NCBI GenBank assembly: GCA_035260325.1
Contig: DATFVL010000144.1
Coordinates: 1-59,411, forward strand
Direction of reading: 5' to 3'
Source of the DNA: Candidatus Methylomirabilota bacterium
Lineage (GTDB): Bacteria > Methylomirabilota > Methylomirabilia > Rokubacteriales > CSP1-6
DNA: 59,411 nt
Under the pieces are notes generated by a model. That model saw only the letters and a program-made list of their open reading frames with translations. It ran no database searches and was not told the DNA's origin. This document shows positions 8,787 through 17,974 of the stretch, piece after piece. Position 1 is the stretch's first letter; each line of letters opens with the position of its first letter. The translations under genes were made by a program, and so were the position numbers.

Positions 8787-9848
8787 TTATGCGGCCGGGT
8801 AGGACCCGAGGATCTTCAGGTGGAGGGTCCGCTCCCCGACCTCACGCAGCACCGACGCGACGCCGGGGGTGTCGCGGTGCCCTTCGAGGTCGACGAAGAT
8901 GACGTACTCCCAGGGCCCCTGCTTGGCCGGGCGCGACTCGATCTTGGTGAGGTTGATCCCCGCCCGGGCGAGCGGCTCGAGGATCCGGTAGAGCGCGCCG
9001 GGCTCGTTGCGCATCGCGAAGAGGATCGTCGTCTTGTCGCGGCCGGTCGGCGCCACCGACTGCCGCCCGACGACGAGGAAGCGCGTCGTGTTGTGCGGGT
9101 TGTCCTCGACGCGCGAGCGGAGGACCGGCACGCCGTAGAGCCGCGCGGCGAGCTCCGAGGCGATCGCCGCGACGGCCGGGTCGGTCGCGGCCAGCTCCGC
9201 GGCGGCGGCGGTGGACAGTGTCTCCTCGGTCACCACGTCGGGCAGGTGCTCGCCGAGCCAGCCGCGGCACTGCGCGAGCGCCTGGGGGTGCGAAGCGACG
9301 CGCTTGATCTCGCCGAGGTCCGCCGCCCGCGACAGGAGCTGCTGGGCGATCTCGAGCCGGAGCTCGCCGCAGATCAGGACCTCCGACACGCTCAGCCGGT
9401 CGAGGGTGATGTTGACCGCGCCCTCCGTGCTGTTCTCCACCGGCACGACGCCGTAGTCCGCCCGCCCCCGCGCCACGTCGTCGAAGACCTCGCCGATGGA
9501 GCGCGCGGGGCGGCAGCCCGCGCCCGCGCCGAAGTGCTGGAGCGCGGCCAGGTGGGTAAAGGTCGCCTGCGGCCCGAGGTAGGCCACCGTGAGCTCGGCC
9601 TCGAGCGCCCGGCAGGCGGCCAGGATCTCGCGCCAGATGGCGCCGACGGCCTCGGGGGTGAGCGGGCGGGCGCTCGCCGCCGTCAGGCGGCGCAGGATCT
9701 CGACTTCACGCTCCGGGACATAGGACGGCGCGTCCTGACGTCGTTTGAGGTCTCCGATCTGGCGGGCGGCCTCGGCGCGTTGGGTAAGGAGCTTGAGGAT
9801 TTGGTCGTCGAGGTCATTGATCCTGGAACGCCAATCGTCCAGGTTCAT
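8787..9848 (-). CDS. pheA: Bifunctional chorismate mutase / prephenate dehydratase (P-protein)
   Basis: 353-aa ORF. It has an N-terminal chorismate mutase helix (RINDLDDQILKLLTQRAEAARQIG), a prephenate dehydratase core and a C-terminal ACT domain (TKIESRPAK). Confidence 0.9.
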   Translation of the reverse strand: MNLDDWRSRINDLDDQILKLLTQRAEAARQIGDLKRRQDAPSYVPEREVEILRRLTAASARPLTPEAVGAIWREILAACRALEAELTVAYLGPQATFTHLAALQHFGAGAGCRPARSIGEVFDDVARGRADYGVVPVENSTEGAVNITLDRLSVSEVLICGELRLEIAQQLLSRAADLGEIKRVASHPQALAQCRGWLGEHLPDVVTEETLSTAAAAELAATDPAVAAIASELAARLYGVPVLRSRVEDNPHNTTRFLVVGRQSVAPTGRDKTTILFAMRNEPGALYRILEPLARAGINLTKIESRPAKQGPWEYVIFVDLEGHRDTPGVASVLREVGERTLHLKILGSYPAA

Positions 9849-9886
9849 AGAAACTCCTGCGAACCGAGCTCGAATCGTATCCCGGG

Positions 9887-9916
9887 ATTATAGGCCCACG
9901 CGTCTGGCAAGAGCAA
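9887..9916 (-). promoter_or_regulatory. Candidate sigma70-type promoter for pheA
   Basis: On the minus strand: TTGCTC (9916..9911), 18 nt spacer, perfect TATAAT (9892..9887), about 40 nt upstream of ATG 9848. That ATG is preceded by AGGAG 5 nt upstream. It lies in the 69-nt gap after the rluB stop. Confidence 0.4.
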
Positions 9917-9917
9917 G

Positions 9918-10652
9918 TCAGGGGCGCCGGGGCTCGGCCACGGCCGCGCGCAGCGCCCGCACCTCGCGCGGCGTCAGGCGGCGCGAGGCGCCGGGCCGGA
10001 GGTCGCCGAGCCCGATCGGCCCGAAGGCGACGCGCCGGAGCCGCGCGACCCGGTGGCCCAGGGCCTCGCAATAGCGCTTCACCTCGTGCTTGCGGCCCTC
10101 GGTGAACGTGAGCCTCATCCGGCTCGCCCGCGCGGACGCCCCGAGGAGCTCCACGGCGAGCGGCGTCGCGGGCCCGTCGGCGAGCGCGACGCCACGACGC
10201 CAGCGTTCGAGGTCGGCCCGCCCCACCCGCCCTTCCACCAGGGCCTCGTAGACGCGCGGGAGCTCGTAGCGGGGGTGAAGGAGGCGATGCGTGAGCGGCC
10301 CGTCGTTCGTCAGGAGGAGTGCGCCCTCGACGTCCCAGTCGAGGCGGCCGACCGGGTAGAGCCGGACGCCCGCCGGTACCAGGTCGGTGACCACCGGGCG
10401 GCCCTGCGGGTCGGAGCGCGTCGTGACGTACCCGCGGGGCTTGTGGAGCAGCACGTACGCGCGGGACTCGGCGGGCGGGAGCGGGCGCCCGTCGACGGTG
10501 ATGACGTCGGTCTCGGGATCGGCGAGCGTGGCTGGGCTCGCCAGGACCACGCCGTTGACCGCGACGTGGCCCTCGGCGATCAGGCGGTCACCCCCCCGCC
10601 GGGACGTCAGCCCCGCCTGCGCCAGGATCTTGTTGAGTCGGAGCTTCGCCAT
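9918..10652 (-). CDS. rluB: Pseudouridine synthase, RsuA/RluB family
   Basis: Track ORF 9918..10691 trimmed to ATG 10652 (MAKLRLNKILAQAGLTSRRGGDRLIAEGHVAVNG, an S4 domain). The catalytic context is YPVGRLDWDVEGALLLTNDG. The specific rRNA target is not determinable from sequence. Confidence 0.8.
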   Translation of the reverse strand: MAKLRLNKILAQAGLTSRRGGDRLIAEGHVAVNGVVLASPATLADPETDVITVDGRPLPPAESRAYVLLHKPRGYVTTRSDPQGRPVVTDLVPAGVRLYPVGRLDWDVEGALLLTNDGPLTHRLLHPRYELPRVYEALVEGRVGRADLERWRRGVALADGPATPLAVELLGASARASRMRLTFTEGRKHEVKRYCEALGHRVARLRRVAFGPIGLGDLRPGASRRLTPREVRALRAAVAEPRRP

Positions 10653-11187
10653 GCTCGGCGACCGCGGCGAGCTCCGGCACGACCAGCTCACCCTCGACCC
10701 TCGGCAGGTCGCCGAGGTCGCGGAGGCCGAACGCGACCATGAACTCGCGCGTCGTTTCGAAGAGGTACGGCCGCCCGGGGGCGTCCTTGCGCCCGGCGAT
10801 GCGGACGAGCCGCCGCTCGAGGAGGTTCTCGAGGACCGCCTCGGAGTTGACGCCGCGGATCGCGTCCACCTCGGGCCGCGACACCGGCTGCTTGTAGGCG
10901 ATGATCGCGAGCGTCTCGAGCGCGGGCCGCGACAGGCGCTGCTTCGTCCGCGCGCGCGCGAGCTTGACGAGCCAGGGGGCGAGCTCGGGCCGCGTCACCA
11001 TGCGGTAGCCGCCGCCCACCTCGACGATCATGAGGCCGCGCTCCTGATAGCGCAGGCGTAGCTCCTCGACCAGCCCGCGCGCGGCCTGCGCGCTCTCGAG
11101 GTCGAGCACGTCGCGGATGCGCTCCGCTTCCAGCGGCGTGTCGGACGCGAACAGCAGGGCTTCGACGACGTCAACTGGCGTCGGCAT
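10588..11187 (-). CDS. scpB: Segregation and condensation protein B
   Basis: 199-aa ORF with an ScpB winged-helix N-terminus (VVEALLFASDTPL..), located directly downstream of scpA. Its C-terminal tail overlaps the rluB start by 65 nt. Confidence 0.85.
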   Translation of the reverse strand: MPTPVDVVEALLFASDTPLEAERIRDVLDLESAQAARGLVEELRLRYQERGLMIVEVGGGYRMVTRPELAPWLVKLARARTKQRLSRPALETLAIIAYKQPVSRPEVDAIRGVNSEAVLENLLERRLVRIAGRKDAPGRPYLFETTREFMVAFGLRDLGDLPRVEGELVVPELAAVAEHGEAPTQQDPGAGGADVPAGG

Positions 11188-11944
11188 GGGTCTCCCCGTT
11201 CTGGCGTTCGATCACGATTTCCCCGAAGAGCTCGCTCTGCTGCGTCTTGATCTTCCCGAGGCGCACGAGCTCGAGCACGGCCAGGAGCGTGACGACGATC
11301 TCCGAGCGCTGGCGCTCGCCGCCCGCGAGCGACGAGAACAGCAGCGACCACGTGTCGCGGAGCAGCACCAGGATCTCGGCCATCCGCTCGAGGATCGAGG
11401 GCGGGTTCGGCTCGATCTCGCGGGGCTTCCGCCGGAGCTGCTCCTCGATCAGCCGGCGCACGGCGCGCTCGAGGAGGTGAACCGAGAGGTCCTCGAGCGG
11501 CACATCCTCGGGCAGCGGCAGGGTGCTCGACGGCCGCCCCCACACGAGCGCCTGCTCGGTCTCGCGCTCCGCGAGCCGGGCGCCGAGCGCCTTCACGTGC
11601 GCATACTCGCGGAGGCGCTCCTCCAGCTCGAGGCGCAGCGCCTCGCCCTCCTCGTCGAGGACCTCGGCGGCGGTCTCGTCGGGGGGCACCAGCAGCTTCG
11701 ACTTGAGGTAGATGAGCGTCGCCGCCATCACGAGCCAGCCGCCCGCGATCTCGAGGTCGCGGAACTCCAGGGCCTCGAGGTGGGCGAGGTACTGGTCGGT
11801 GATCGTCCGCACCGGCAGGCGCGCGAGGTCGATCTCGTTGGTGCGGCAGAGGTGGAGCAGGAGGTCGAACGGGCCCTCGAACTCCCCCACGCGCAGCGTC
11901 AGATCGCGGCCGGCGTCGAGCGTAGGCGCCTCCTCCGCGCTCAT
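11171..11944 (-). CDS. scpA: Segregation and condensation protein A (kleisin)
   Basis: 257-aa ORF with an ScpA N-terminus (..EFEGPFDLLLHLCRTNEIDLARLPVRTITDQYL). ATG 11944 forms an ATGA overlap with the trpS stop. Confidence 0.85.
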   Translation of the reverse strand: MSAEEAPTLDAGRDLTLRVGEFEGPFDLLLHLCRTNEIDLARLPVRTITDQYLAHLEALEFRDLEIAGGWLVMAATLIYLKSKLLVPPDETAAEVLDEEGEALRLELEERLREYAHVKALGARLAERETEQALVWGRPSSTLPLPEDVPLEDLSVHLLERAVRRLIEEQLRRKPREIEPNPPSILERMAEILVLLRDTWSLLFSSLAGGERQRSEIVVTLLAVLELVRLGKIKTQQSELFGEIVIERQNGETHADAS

Positions 11945-12930
11945 GGCAGTAGGCCCACGGCGGCGCGGACCTCGCCCATCGTCGTCTGGGCGACCGCGCG
12001 CGCGCGTTTGGAGCCCTCGTAGAGGATCTCTTTGATCGCGTCCGGCTTCTCGGCGTAGGCCTGCCGCCGCGCGCGGATCTTCTCGAGCGGCGGGAGCATG
12101 TGCTTGAGCAGCACGTCCTTGCAGTCGAGGCAGCCGATGGCCGCCGTCCGGCAGCCCGTCGCGCAGTACTCGCGGTCGGCCGACGGCGTGAAGATCTTGT
12201 GGAGGTCGAAGACGGGACAGATGTCGGGATTGCCGGGATCGGTGCGCCGCTTGCGCGCGGGGTCGGTGACCATCGGCTTGACCTTCCGCGCGATCTCCTC
12301 GGGTGGATCCGAGAGGAGGATCGCGTTGCCGAGGGATTTCGACATCTTCCGCCCGTCCGTGCCCGGAACCTTCGGGATCTCCGTCAGCTTCGCGTCCGGC
12401 TCGGGGAAGACCGGCTTGAAGGCGTGGTTGAACCGCCGCGCCACCTCACGGGTCAGCTCGACGTGCGGGACCTGATCGATGCCGACGGGTACCCAGCGCG
12501 GCTTGTACATGAGGATGTCCGCCGCCTGAAGGAGCGGGTAGCCGAGCAGCCCGTACGAGGGCGACGCGATCCCCTGCTGCTCGATCCGCTCCTTGTAGGT
12601 CGGCACGCGCTCGAGCCACGCCACCGGCGTGACCATCGAGAACAGCAGGTGGAGCTCCGCGTGCTCGGGCACGAGGGACTGGATGAACAGCGTCGAGCGC
12701 TCCGGGTCCAGCCCCGCCCCGAGCCAGTCTGCGAGCATCTCGACCGTGTCTCCCGGGACGGTCGACGTGTCCGTGTCGTCGGTGAGCGCGTGCCAGTCGG
12801 CCGCGAAGTAATAGCAGTCGTAAGCGTCCTGCAGGCCCACCCAGTTCTTCAGCGCCCCGAGATAGTTGCCGAGATGGATCTTCCCCGAGGGGCGCATGCC
12901 GGACAGCACACGTTCCTTCGCCTTGGTCAT
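11941..12930 (-). CDS. trpS: Tryptophan--tRNA ligase
   Basis: Track ORF 11941..13371 trimmed to ATG 12930 (MTKAKERVLSGMRPSGKIHLGNYLGAL, the HIGH motif). KMSKS is present (GRKMSKSLGN). ATGA overlap with the upstream GT2 stop. Confidence 0.9.
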   Translation of the reverse strand: MTKAKERVLSGMRPSGKIHLGNYLGALKNWVGLQDAYDCYYFAADWHALTDDTDTSTVPGDTVEMLADWLGAGLDPERSTLFIQSLVPEHAELHLLFSMVTPVAWLERVPTYKERIEQQGIASPSYGLLGYPLLQAADILMYKPRWVPVGIDQVPHVELTREVARRFNHAFKPVFPEPDAKLTEIPKVPGTDGRKMSKSLGNAILLSDPPEEIARKVKPMVTDPARKRRTDPGNPDICPVFDLHKIFTPSADREYCATGCRTAAIGCLDCKDVLLKHMLPPLEKIRARRQAYAEKPDAIKEILYEGSKRARAVAQTTMGEVRAAVGLLP

Positions 12931-13679
12931 CCGAGCCTCGTCCTCTCCCAGACCTTCGCCGAACGGATGAACACATAGTACGCGTAGAGCACCGCGAGAA
13001 GGAAGCCTCGCCAGCCGTCGAGGAACCCCCCGCGGGCGACGTACATGGAGAGGAACCGCCCGGCCGGCCGGAGGACGAGGTCCCCCACCCGCGCGCGGCG
13101 CCCGCTCCGGACCCAGTCCTCGGCCGCGAGCGTCGAGTAGCGGTCGGCGCGCGCCACGAAGTGGGCGAGGTCGCGGTAGCTCCGGTGGACGAGGGGCGCC
13201 TGGAGGCGCCCGACCCGCCCCGTGACCTCGACCGACTCGTGAACGGCGCGCTCGACGAAGCGGCCCCGGCCGCGCTGGAACAGGCGGAGCTGCCAGTCGG
13301 GATAGAGGCCGCCGTGGCGCATGGAGCGCCCCCACATGACGTTCCGGCGGGGGATCCGGTAGCCCGCGCACGGCGCCTCACCCGCGACCGTGGCGAGGAT
13401 CTCGTCCCGGAGCTCGCGCGGGACCTCCTCGTCGGCGTCCAGGGAGAGGACCCAGTCGCCGGTCGCCTGGGCCAGGCCGAAGTTCTTCTGGGCGGCGAAG
13501 CCGGGCCAGGGCCGGACGATGACCCGGTCGGTGAACTCGCGCGCGACCTCGACGGTCTTGTCGGTGGACTCGGCGTCCACGACCACGAGCTCGTCGGCCC
13601 ACACGGCGCTCTCGAGGCACGCGCGCAGCCGCTCCTCCTCGTCGAGCGTGACCACGACCACCGAGACCCGCGGCCTCAC
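12927..13679 (-). CDS. Family 2 glycosyltransferase, LPS-core type (KdtX/WaaE-like)
   Basis: Track ORF 12927..14564 trimmed to GTG 13679 (GTGA overlap with the waaC stop). VSVVVVTLDEEERLRACLES..VVVDAESTDKT..SLDADE is the GT-A fold with a DxD motif. Confidence 0.8.
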   Translation of the reverse strand: MRPRVSVVVVTLDEEERLRACLESAVWADELVVVDAESTDKTVEVAREFTDRVIVRPWPGFAAQKNFGLAQATGDWVLSLDADEEVPRELRDEILATVAGEAPCAGYRIPRRNVMWGRSMRHGGLYPDWQLRLFQRGRGRFVERAVHESVEVTGRVGRLQAPLVHRSYRDLAHFVARADRYSTLAAEDWVRSGRRARVGDLVLRPAGRFLSMYVARGGFLDGWRGFLLAVLYAYYVFIRSAKVWERTRLG

Positions 13680-14665
13680 GGGCCCAGCGCCTCCGCGACC
13701 GCCTCGAAGACCGGCGCCACGGCGAGGGACGGAAGCCGCCCGTCCGGGCTCTCGAGCGCCCGCTGGCGCCAGGGCCCGTTCCGCTCGGCCGACGTGGGCC
13801 CGTAGAGCCCCACGCAGGGCACGCCGAGCGCCGCGGCCACGTGAAGCGGTCCGGTGTCGCCCGCGACGACCACGCTCGCGCGGCGGAGGACCGCGATCAG
13901 CGCGTCGAGGTCGGTGGGCGGCGCCAGCGCCAGGCGGCCACCGGCCACCGCCTCGGCGAGCGCCCGCTCCTCCGGTCCCCAGACGACGAGCACCCGCGCG
14001 CCCGCCTCGGTGGTGAGCCGGCCCCCGAGGTCGCGGAACCGCTCGGCGGGCCAGCGCTTGTCGGCCCTCCCCGCCCCCGGGTTCAGGACGACGAGGCGGT
14101 CGCGCGGCTTCAAGCCGGCCGCCGCCAGGAGCTCGTCCGCCCGTGCCTCGGCGGCGGCGTCGCACGGCAGCGGGAACTCGACGCGCGCGCCCGACACCCC
14201 GAGCGGCTCGAGCAGAGCGAGGCACTGCTCCACGACGTGCCGCGCGGCGGCCGGCGGCGTCACGCGGTGGTTGGTGAAGAGCGCGGCGAGCGGCTCCCGG
14301 CAGCGCCTCGCCGCGAGGCCGATGCGGAGGGGCGCCCGGGTCGCCGCCGCGAGCACGCCGCTCTTCACGAGGCCCTGGAGGTCCACCGCGACGTCGAAGC
14401 GCGCGGCGGCGAGGTGGCGCCGGAGCTCGGCAAGCTCCCCCGCGGCGCGCGCCGCGCCGAGCGGCGTGCGCACCCGCCGCCAGCCGCGCGTGTCCACGGG
14501 GACGACCTCGTCGAGCGCCGGGTTCCCCCGGAGCACGGCGGCCTCGTGCCGCTCGACGATCCACGCGAGGCGCGCGCGCGGGAAGCGCGCGCGGAGCGCC
14601 CCGGCGGCGGGCAGCGCGTGCACCACGTCGCCGAGCGAGGAGAGCTTGACCAGGGCGATGTTCAC
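13676..14665 (-). CDS. waaC: LPS heptosyltransferase I-like (GT9)
   Basis: 329-aa [32 protein letters not shown]...[10 protein letters not shown] parallels the WaaC N-terminus (..VKTSSMGDV.H.LPA....RRWRK). GTG 14665 forms a GTGA overlap with the hldC stop. Confidence 0.8.
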   Translation of the reverse strand: MNIALVKLSSLGDVVHALPAAGALRARFPRARLAWIVERHEAAVLRGNPALDEVVPVDTRGWRRVRTPLGAARAAGELAELRRHLAAARFDVAVDLQGLVKSGVLAAATRAPLRIGLAARRCREPLAALFTNHRVTPPAAARHVVEQCLALLEPLGVSGARVEFPLPCDAAAEARADELLAAAGLKPRDRLVVLNPGAGRADKRWPAERFRDLGGRLTTEAGARVLVVWGPEERALAEAVAGGRLALAPPTDLDALIAVLRRASVVVAGDTGPLHVAAALGVPCVGLYGPTSAERNGPWRQRALESPDGRLPSLAVAPVFEAVAEALGP

Positions 14666-15126
14666 CTGAACCGCCCGACGATGCGCGCGATGAGGTCGCG
14701 CGTGGAATGGTCCTTCGGGTCGCCGACGACCGCGACGCGGCCGCCGACCTTCCGCACGGTCGCCGCTTCGGGTACTGCGGCCTGCGTGTAGTCGGTGCCC
14801 TTGGCGTGGACGTCGGGGCGGATCCGCTCGATCAGCCGGTCGGCGCGCTCGTCGTCGAAGACGACGACGTGGTCCACGTGGCGGAGCGCCAGGAGCATCT
14901 CGGCGCGCTCCGCGGCGGGCATGAGGGGGCGGCCCGGGCCCTTCAGGCGCGCCACCGTCGGGTCGGAGTTGAGGCCGACGAAGAGCACGTCGCCCAGGCG
15001 CCGGGCGGCGGCGAGGTACCGGACGTGGCCGACGTGGAGGAGGTCGAAGCAGCCGTTGGCGAGGACGATGCGCTTTCCCTCGGCCCGAAGCCGCTCGGCG
15101 AGCGCCGCGGCCTCGTCCAGGGTCAC
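14662..15126 (-). CDS. hldC: D-glycero-beta-D-manno-heptose 1-phosphate adenylyltransferase (RfaE domain II type)
   Basis: 154-aa ORF with the cytidylyltransferase fold and [15 protein letters not shown] (HxGH). Confidence 0.85.
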   Translation of the reverse strand: MTLDEAAALAERLRAEGKRIVLANGCFDLLHVGHVRYLAAARRLGDVLFVGLNSDPTVARLKGPGRPLMPAAERAEMLLALRHVDHVVVFDDERADRLIERIRPDVHAKGTDYTQAAVPEAATVRKVGGRVAVVGDPKDHSTRDLIARIVGRFR

Positions 15127-15169
15127 GGGCTCGCCTCGCTGCCGAGCAGCTCAGCTCGCACTGCTCCCG

Positions 15170-16168
15170 TCACAGACCCAGGGCCTTCCGGAGCTCGTCG
15201 CGCGGGACCGTCGCCGTCCCGCGCTTCATGACGACGAGGCCGCCGGCGACGTTGGCGAGCGCGGCCGCGTCCGCGGGCGCGGCCCGGCACGCGAGCGCGA
15301 GCGTGAACGTGCCGATCACCGTGTCGCCCGCGCCGGTCACGTCGGCGATCTCGTCGGTGCCGTGGATCGGGATGAAGGTCGTGGCCCCGTCGCGCTCGAG
15401 GAGGGCCATGCCCTGGCTCCCGCGCGTGACGAGGAGCAGCCGCGCGTCCAGGCGCTCGAGGAGCTGGCGGCCCGCCTTCTCCACGCCCCGCTCGTCGTCG
15501 GCGGGCATCCCGGTGAGCTGCTCGAGCTCGGCCTCGTTGGGCGTGGCCGCGGTGACGCCGGTGAAGCGCGGGAGCTGGTAGCGGCTGTCCACGCTGACGA
15601 CCGCGCCGGTCCGGCGCGCCGCCGCCCGGACGCCCTCGAAGACGCGCGGCGTGAGCGTGCCGTACCCGTAGTCGGAGACGAGGATCGCGTCGGCGCGCGC
15701 GCCCAGCGTGGCGAGGCGCCCGAGCAGCGCGTCCTCGGTCACGGGCGTGAGCTCGCTGGCGGGCTCGCGGTCGAGGCGCACCACCTGCTGACGCGTGGAC
15801 TGGTAGCCGCCCGCCATGACGCGCGTCTTCACGGGGGTCGTCCGGCCGGCCTCGGCGACGATCCCGTCGGTCGGCATCCCGGCCGCGCGGAAGAGCGCGG
15901 CCAGCTCGTCGCCGGCGGCGTCCCGCCCGACGACGCCGAGCGGGACGACGCGCGCGCCGAGCGCCTGGACGTTGTGGGCGGCGTTCGCCGCGCCGCCCAG
16001 CAGCACCTCACGCTGGGCGAAGCGCAGGATCAGCACCGGGGCCTCGCGCGAGATGCGCGCGGGCTTGCCGAAGAGGTACTCGTCCTCGATCAGGTCGCCG
16101 ACGACGACGACGGTGCGCGCGCCGAAGCCGTCGATCGCCGCGCGCATGCCGGCCGTCACGTCCGTCAC
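15170..16168 (-). CDS. hldA: D-glycero-beta-D-manno-heptose-7-phosphate kinase (RfaE domain I type, PfkB family)
   Basis: Track ORF 15170..16264 trimmed to GTG 16168 (GTGA overlap with the gmhB stop). ATG 16147 is an equally possible start. PfkB sugar-kinase core with GAGDTV near the C-terminus. Confidence 0.8.
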   Translation of the reverse strand: MTDVTAGMRAAIDGFGARTVVVVGDLIEDEYLFGKPARISREAPVLILRFAQREVLLGGAANAAHNVQALGARVVPLGVVGRDAAGDELAALFRAAGMPTDGIVAEAGRTTPVKTRVMAGGYQSTRQQVVRLDREPASELTPVTEDALLGRLATLGARADAILVSDYGYGTLTPRVFEGVRAAARRTGAVVSVDSRYQLPRFTGVTAATPNEAELEQLTGMPADDERGVEKAGRQLLERLDARLLLVTRGSQGMALLERDGATTFIPIHGTDEIADVTGAGDTVIGTFTLALACRAAPADAAALANVAGGLVVMKRGTATVPRDELRKALGL

Positions 16169-16746
16169 GCCCGGCGCCTCGCGAGCACCCACTCGACCGC
16201 GTCGAGCAGGTCCGGCGCGACGTGGTCGGGCTCGAGGGGAAAGCGCGCGCGCCGGTACTCCCACTCGCCGAGGCCGTAGCCCGTGAGCACGAGCACCGCC
16301 GCGGCGCCGACGGCGCGCGCCGCGACGAGGTCGGACGGCCTGTCGCTCACGAGCGTCGAGCGGGTGAGGTCGAGGCCGTGGTCGGCGGCGGCGCGGTGGA
16401 GAAGCCCGGGCTTCGGCTTGCGGCAGTCGCAGTCGAGCCGGTAGGGCGGCTCGCCCTCGGTCGGGTGATGCGGGCAGACGTAGATCGCGTCGAGGTGCGC
16501 GCCCTCGGCCTTGAGCTGAGCGACGAGCGCCGCGTTCACCGCCTGGAGGACTTCCTCGGAGAAGTAGCCGCGCGCGACCCCCGCCTGGTTGGTGACGACG
16601 ATCGCGGCGACACCCACCTCGTTCAGGCGGCGGATCGCTCGGGCCGAGCGTGGCAGGAGTCGGAGCCGCCGCGGGTGGTTGACGTACCCGACTTCCTCGG
16701 TCAGGGTGCCGTCACGATCCAGGAACACCGCGGGCCGCGACACCAC
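16165..16746 (-). CDS. gmhB: D-glycero-D-manno-heptose 1,7-bisphosphate phosphatase (HAD family)
   Basis: 193-aa ORF with the HAD motif FLDRDGT and the zinc loop C.HHP......CDCRKPKPG, which is characteristic of GmhB. Confidence 0.85.
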   Translation of the reverse strand: MVSRPAVFLDRDGTLTEEVGYVNHPRRLRLLPRSARAIRRLNEVGVAAIVVTNQAGVARGYFSEEVLQAVNAALVAQLKAEGAHLDAIYVCPHHPTEGEPPYRLDCDCRKPKPGLLHRAAADHGLDLTRSTLVSDRPSDLVAARAVGAAAVLVLTGYGLGEWEYRRARFPLEPDHVAPDLLDAVEWVLARRRA

Positions 16747-16778
16747 GCTCCGAGTCTAAGCCGGACGCCGCGGATTTC

Positions 16779-17888
16779 TCAAGAAGAATCCCACTTTGCG
16801 CCCCGGAACCGATTGTAAATCCGCACGAAACCCTCGACCTGCGCCGCGAAGGTGAAGGGCTCGGCCGACGCGCGCGCGGCCTCGGACAGCTCCCGTGCGG
16901 GCATCGCGCGCAGCCGTGCGAGCGCCGAGGTCAGCGCGGCGGGGCTCCGAGGATCGACGACCGCGCCGTTCGAGCCTTCGCGAATGACCTCGGCCCCGCC
17001 CGCCGCGGCGCTGGCGACGACCGGGACGCCGGAGGCGAGCGCTTCGAGGTGGACGTTGCCGAAGGGCTCGTAGCGGCTCGGCAGCGCGACCACGTCGGCG
17101 GCCGCGTACCACCGCTCGGCGTCCTCCCGCGGGTCGAGCCAGACGATCCGCTCGGCGATCCCGAGCTTGCCGGCGACGGCCCGCGACGGCGCCGCGTCGC
17201 CCCGGCCGATGACGAGCAGACGGCTGGTCCGGTCGGGAAAGGCGCCGAAGGCCTCCACGAGCGTCGCGAGTCCCTTGCGCTCGAAGCCGCTCCCCATGAA
17301 GAGCACGGTCCAGGCGTCGCGCGGAATTCCCGCCTCGTCGCGCGCCGCCGCGCGATGGGCCGCGCGGTTCCGCGGATGGAATCGCGCGAGGTCCACGCCG
17401 TTGTAGACGACCGAGAGGCGCGCCGGCGCCACCGCGTACAGCGCCGCGATCTCGGCGGCCCCGCGCCTGGCGATCGCGACGACCTCGGGCGTCCGGGCGA
17501 ACACGCGACGCTCGAGGCCGAGGACGATGCGGTGGTAGAGCCCGCGCGCGCGCCGGCCCTCGAGGCTCGCGAGGTAGCCGCGGTGGCAGCCCTCCCCCGC
17601 GCGGTAGACGTCCTGGCGGAGCGTGCGCTCGTGGCTCTGGACGACGTCCCACGCGCCGCGCGCCACGGCGACGCGCGCCGCCGCGGCGAGGGCGAGGGCA
17701 CGCGCCGCCGCCGGGAGCGGCGGCAGCGGGAGCGCGTGGTGCGTCACGCCCGGCACCCGATACCGGCCGCCGGGGGTCAAGAGGTGCACGTCGTACCCGT
17801 GCTCGACGAGCGCCCGGACGAGGCCGGCGGTCGCCCGCTCGACGCCGCCGTGGAAGACGAAGGGCCGCGCGATGACGAGGAGCTTCAT
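16779..17888 (-). CDS. Family 4 (GT-B) glycosyltransferase, LPS-core type
   Basis: 369-aa ORF. MKLLVIARPFVFHGGVERATAGLVRALVEHGYDVHLL is a typical GT4 N-terminus. The C-terminal half has the EPFG..HLEALASGVPVV motif. Confidence 0.8.
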   Translation of the reverse strand: MKLLVIARPFVFHGGVERATAGLVRALVEHGYDVHLLTPGGRYRVPGVTHHALPLPPLPAAARALALAAAARVAVARGAWDVVQSHERTLRQDVYRAGEGCHRGYLASLEGRRARGLYHRIVLGLERRVFARTPEVVAIARRGAAEIAALYAVAPARLSVVYNGVDLARFHPRNRAAHRAAARDEAGIPRDAWTVLFMGSGFERKGLATLVEAFGAFPDRTSRLLVIGRGDAAPSRAVAGKLGIAERIVWLDPREDAERWYAAADVVALPSRYEPFGNVHLEALASGVPVVASAAAGGAEVIREGSNGAVVDPRSPAALTSALARLRAMPARELSEAARASAEPFTFAAQVEGFVRIYNRFRGAKWDSS

Positions 17889-17974
17889 TGGAGCGGGGTC
17901 CGCGAGGCCGGTGGCACTCGGAACGTGCCCTGAGCGAGGTGCGGGGCGGCTCCGTTCCGCATGTCGCGACTCAT
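17885..17974 (-). CDS. Hypothetical 29-codon bridging ORF between two GT4 genes
   Basis: ATG 17974 forms ATGA with the stop of the upstream GT4 (17971..17973). Its own TGA (17885..17887) forms ATGA with the start of the downstream GT4 (17888). Peptide: MSRDMRNGAAPHLAQGTFRVPPASRTPLQ. There is no homology evidence, and open frames are common at this GC content. Confidence 0.2.
   Translation of the reverse strand: MSRDMRNGAAPHLAQGTFRVPPASRTPLQ

Noticed and set aside
11941-12930. Leader or attenuator elements (T-box, Trp leader peptide, lysine riboswitch) for trpS and lysS.
   Set aside because: Both genes start inside 4-nt overlaps with the preceding gene, so no leader region exists.
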